Shown here: one piece after another, positions 1 to 1,227 of the stretch | Numbering within the stretch: the stretch's first letter is position 1 | Layout: every line of letters begins with the position of its first letter | Assembly: GCF_003334815.1 (NCBI RefSeq) | Contig: NZ_QOWO01000103.1 | From: Escherichia coli | Lineage (GTDB): Bacteria; Pseudomonadota; Gammaproteobacteria; Enterobacterales; Enterobacteriaceae | Direction: 5' to 3' (one strand) | Length of the DNA stretch: 1,227 nucleotides | Position numbers and translations under genes: made by a program | The notes under the pieces: generated by a model | The model's database searches: none | The model's input: the letters and a program-made list of their open reading frames with translations, nothing else | Told to the model about the DNA's origin: nothing

Positions 1-1038
1 CGCGTCGTAACGCGTCATCAGTTCGTTCAGGCGTTCTTCTTCCGCCTCCGTCAGCACCGCTTCCGGCTCCGGCAGACTGCGGTATGTTCCGGCATCCTCA
101 CGGCACTCACCGACAGGCTCCATGCGTCCGGCGCACCATTCCCAGCCTTCGGCTTCCCGAAGGTGTTCAGCGACAGCCTGGAGTTTTTCCAGCAGGGCAG
201 CATCGAGCGCAACACAGTCCACATAGCCACCCTCGTCGTCGCTGAACAAATCGGTGCGCAGTTCATCTGGCGAGAAGGCATCAGCCCCCACAAAGCGGAA
301 TTTAGTGTTCCCCGCCACCGCCACTTCACTTTCGGTCACCAGACGACGAATGGTCTGTACATCCGGTTTTCCGCCCCATCCCGACTGGCAGGCGGCTTCA
401 AACACCTGCACCTGACGCGCGGTGTCGTTCTCCAGCGCCAGCGCCTGACAGTGCTCTGTGGTGATGCGGTCTTCTGCCAGCGCATCGAGGATGACAGGCG
501 CAAGGTCTGCCAGTTTCAGCATTCGCTGAACGTGGCGGGGCGAATAGCCCAGCAAATCACCGATTTGTGCAGGCGTTTTGCCTTCCTGCGCCATCGCACG
601 GAATCCGGCAATCTGTTCGGCAGGGTGCATATCCCGACGATGACCGTTTTCAGTCATTGATGCGGCAGTCGCCAGCTCCTGCGGAATAACCTTCACGCGT
701 ACAGGCCAGTCAGCCGGAATGATGCCACGCTCTGCCAGCATGTTGAGTGCAGCCAGTCGGCGACCACCTGCGGCGACACCGTAACGGTCACCAGGCAGGG
801 TATGCACGACCAGATTCTGCAGCAGTCCGACGCCCTTAATGGACTCCGCCAGTTCGCTGACGGACTCCGCAGAATACGGCACCGTGCGCACATTCAGCGG
901 TGATTTAATCAGCGAGGCCAGCGGCACGCTCACTTCCTCCGTCTGCGCCAGCAGGGCAGACAGGACAGTTTCCTGCGTTTTTACAGATTTACGGCTTGCT
1001 TTGCGGGTGGTTTCTGGTTCACACTTCGTTACAGGCAT
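1..1038 (-). CDS. ParB-like nuclease-domain protein (ParB/Srx N-terminal domain plus HTH), N-terminal 346 codons; 3' end runs off the window
   Basis: Hand translation of the reverse complement in the frame whose codons occupy + positions 1-3, 4-6, and so on. That + frame has no TTA, CTA or TCA triplet from 1 to 1131, so the minus frame is open from the in-frame stop at 1134..1132 down to the window edge. The first in-frame ATGs are at 1044..1042 and 1038..1036. An AAGGGG Shine-Dalgarno at 1050..1045 sits 6 nt before the ATG at 1038 and directly abuts the ATG at 1044, so 1038 is preferred. The protein has a GGRRLAA motif (residues 91-97, nt 748..768) resembling ParB box II GERRxRA, preceded by LLQNLVVH, and an HTH-like segment TPAQIGDLLGYSPRHVQRMLKL (about nt 511..576). 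The family assignment is from memory of ParB-family motifs, not a database search. Confidence 0.85.
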   Translation of the reverse strand, partial: MPVTKCEPETTRKASRKSVKTQETVLSALLAQTEEVSVPLASLIKSPLNVRTVPYSAESVSELAESIKGVGLLQNLVVHTLPGDRYGVAAGGRRLAALNMLAERGIIPADWPVRVKVIPQELATAASMTENGHRRDMHPAEQIAGFRAMAQEGKTPAQIGDLLGYSPRHVQRMLKLADLAPVILDALAEDRITTEHCQALALENDTARQVQVFEAACQSGWGGKPDVQTIRRLVTESEVAVAGNTKFRFVGADAFSPDELRTDLFSDDEGGYVDCVALDAALLEKLQAVAEHLREAEGWEWCAGRMEPVGECREDAGTYRSLPEPEAVLTEAEEERLNELMTRYDA

Positions 1039-1044
1039 AATCAT

Positions 1045-1050
1045 CCCCTT
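1045..1050 (-). promoter_or_regulatory. Shine-Dalgarno (AAGGGG) for the ParB-like CDS
   Basis: The minus strand reads 5'-AAGGGG-ATGATT-ATG; the purine-rich hexamer lies 6 nt upstream of the ATG at 1038..1036. Confidence 0.5.
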
Positions 1051-1066
1051 ATAATTGCTTATGTCC

Positions 1067-1090
1067 TGCCGGACGTTCGCGCGTCCGGCA
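1067..1090. repeat. Perfect 9-bp inverted repeat TGCCGGACG-N6-CGTCCGGCA (potential stem-loop or operator) in the intergenic spacer
   Basis: Base-by-base check: + 1067-1075 (tgccggacg) is the exact reverse complement of + 1082-1090 (cgtccggca), with a 6-nt spacer ttcgcg. It lies 6 nt after the DUF905-like stop and about 16 nt before the SD of the ParB-like gene. No U/T tract follows it on either strand. Confidence 0.6.
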
Positions 1091-1096
1091 CCTCTC

Positions 1097-1227
1097 TTAC
1101 TTAAGAATCCCGAAATCCCTGATGTACTGGTTCATCCAGTACCCGGCACCGTCCTCAAAATTCCAGGAGCGCCAGATCAACGTGCCATCCTGACGGACAA
1201 CCAGGCGAAAATGCGTTCCCTGATCAT
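1097..1227 (-). CDS. Small DUF905/UPF0401-like protein, C-terminal 42 codons plus stop; 5' end lies outside the window
   Basis: The minus-strand frame with codons at 1225..1223 and onward translates to [42 protein letters not shown], then a TAA stop (+ strand 1097..1099). This resembles my recollection of the E. coli YkfF C-terminus (..DDQGSHFRLVVRD..WRAWNFE..NRYIR..GI..). It is co-directional with, and 58 nt upstream of, the ParB-like start. Only a partial sequence is visible and the family recall is from memory. Confidence 0.6.
   Translation of the reverse strand, partial: DQGTHFRLVVRQDGTLIWRSWNFEDGAGYWMNQYIRDFGILK

Noticed and set aside
51-329. Minus-strand ORF of 92 aa from the track
   Set aside because: It is an alternative frame on the same strand, nested inside the long ParB-like ORF. 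The translation is low-complexity (W/R/C-rich) with no motif, so it is judged spurious.
1-450. Cysteines in the post-HTH region (C197, C217, C275, C302, C312) as a possible metal-binding site
   Set aside because: The spacing (20, 58, 27 and 10 residues) does not match any zinc-finger or Fe-S motif I recognise. It is not reportable without structural evidence.
163-660. Plus-strand ORF of 165 aa from the track
   Set aside because: It lies entirely antisense to the motif-bearing minus-strand ORF. Its translation is Arg/His-rich with no recognisable domain, so it is most likely a shadow ORF of a GC-rich gene. I did not compute codon statistics.
693-893. Minus-strand ORF of 66 aa from the track
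   Set aside because: It is an alternative frame nested in the ParB-like N-terminal domain region. It is Cys/Arg-rich with no motif, so it is judged spurious.
839-1054. Plus-strand ORF of 71 aa from the track
   Set aside because: It is antisense across the 5' end and RBS of the ParB-like gene, Ser/Thr-rich with no motif, and ends in the AT-rich RBS region. It is judged a shadow ORF.
1050-1055. TATAAT hexamer on the plus strand
   Set aside because: There is no acceptable -35 at 16-18 bp spacing (the nearest candidate, TTACAG, matches 2 of 6), and it would drive transcription antisense to the DUF905-like gene. It is more likely a coincidence of the AT-rich translation-initiation region on the other strand.
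1067-1096. Possible rho-independent terminator after the DUF905-like gene
   Set aside because: The hairpin is GC-rich, but the minus strand continues GGACAUAAGCAAUUAUAAGGGG and the plus strand CCUCUCUUACUUAAG, so neither has a U tract. I did not call it a terminator.
1-1227. Canonical parS-like 16-bp palindrome, CRISPR repeats, IS inverted repeats, tRNA or rRNA
   Set aside because: None found on visual scan. The short direct repeats present (GGACTCCGC twice at 841-849 and 862-870; TTCTTCTTC at 34-42) are in-frame codon repeats encoding AES..AES and EEE, not structural repeats.

Overview
This window is almost entirely coding on the minus strand, and the main gene is missing from the supplied ORF track. 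One reading frame runs from an ATG at 1038 (alternative ATG at 1044) leftward to position 1 with no in-frame stop, giving 346 codons with the C-terminus beyond the window edge; the track evidently lists only ORFs closed by a stop inside the window. Hand translation (MPVTKCEPETTRKASRKSVKTQ...LLQNLVVHTLPGDRYGVAAGGRRLAALNMLAERG...GKTPAQIGDLLGYSPRHVQRMLKLADL...) reads as a ParB/Srx-fold N-terminal domain followed by a helix-turn-helix, i.e. a ParB-like nuclease-domain protein. Upstream on the same strand (1097..1227) are the last 42 codons plus stop of a small protein resembling the DUF905/UPF0401 family (YkfF/YubL-like, from memory). The 52-nt spacer between them (1045..1096) holds a perfect 9-bp inverted repeat and a Shine-Dalgarno. 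No ParA-type gene is visible next to the ParB-like gene. The pairing of a small DUF905-like ORF with an orphan ParB-like ORF resembles conjugative-plasmid leading regions and anti-restriction islands, but that is inference from memory, not a search result. I see no evidence in this window alone for a wholly new system; the interest is that this module is recurrent but functionally uncharacterised. The four ORFs in the track are judged to be shadow ORFs of the real gene.
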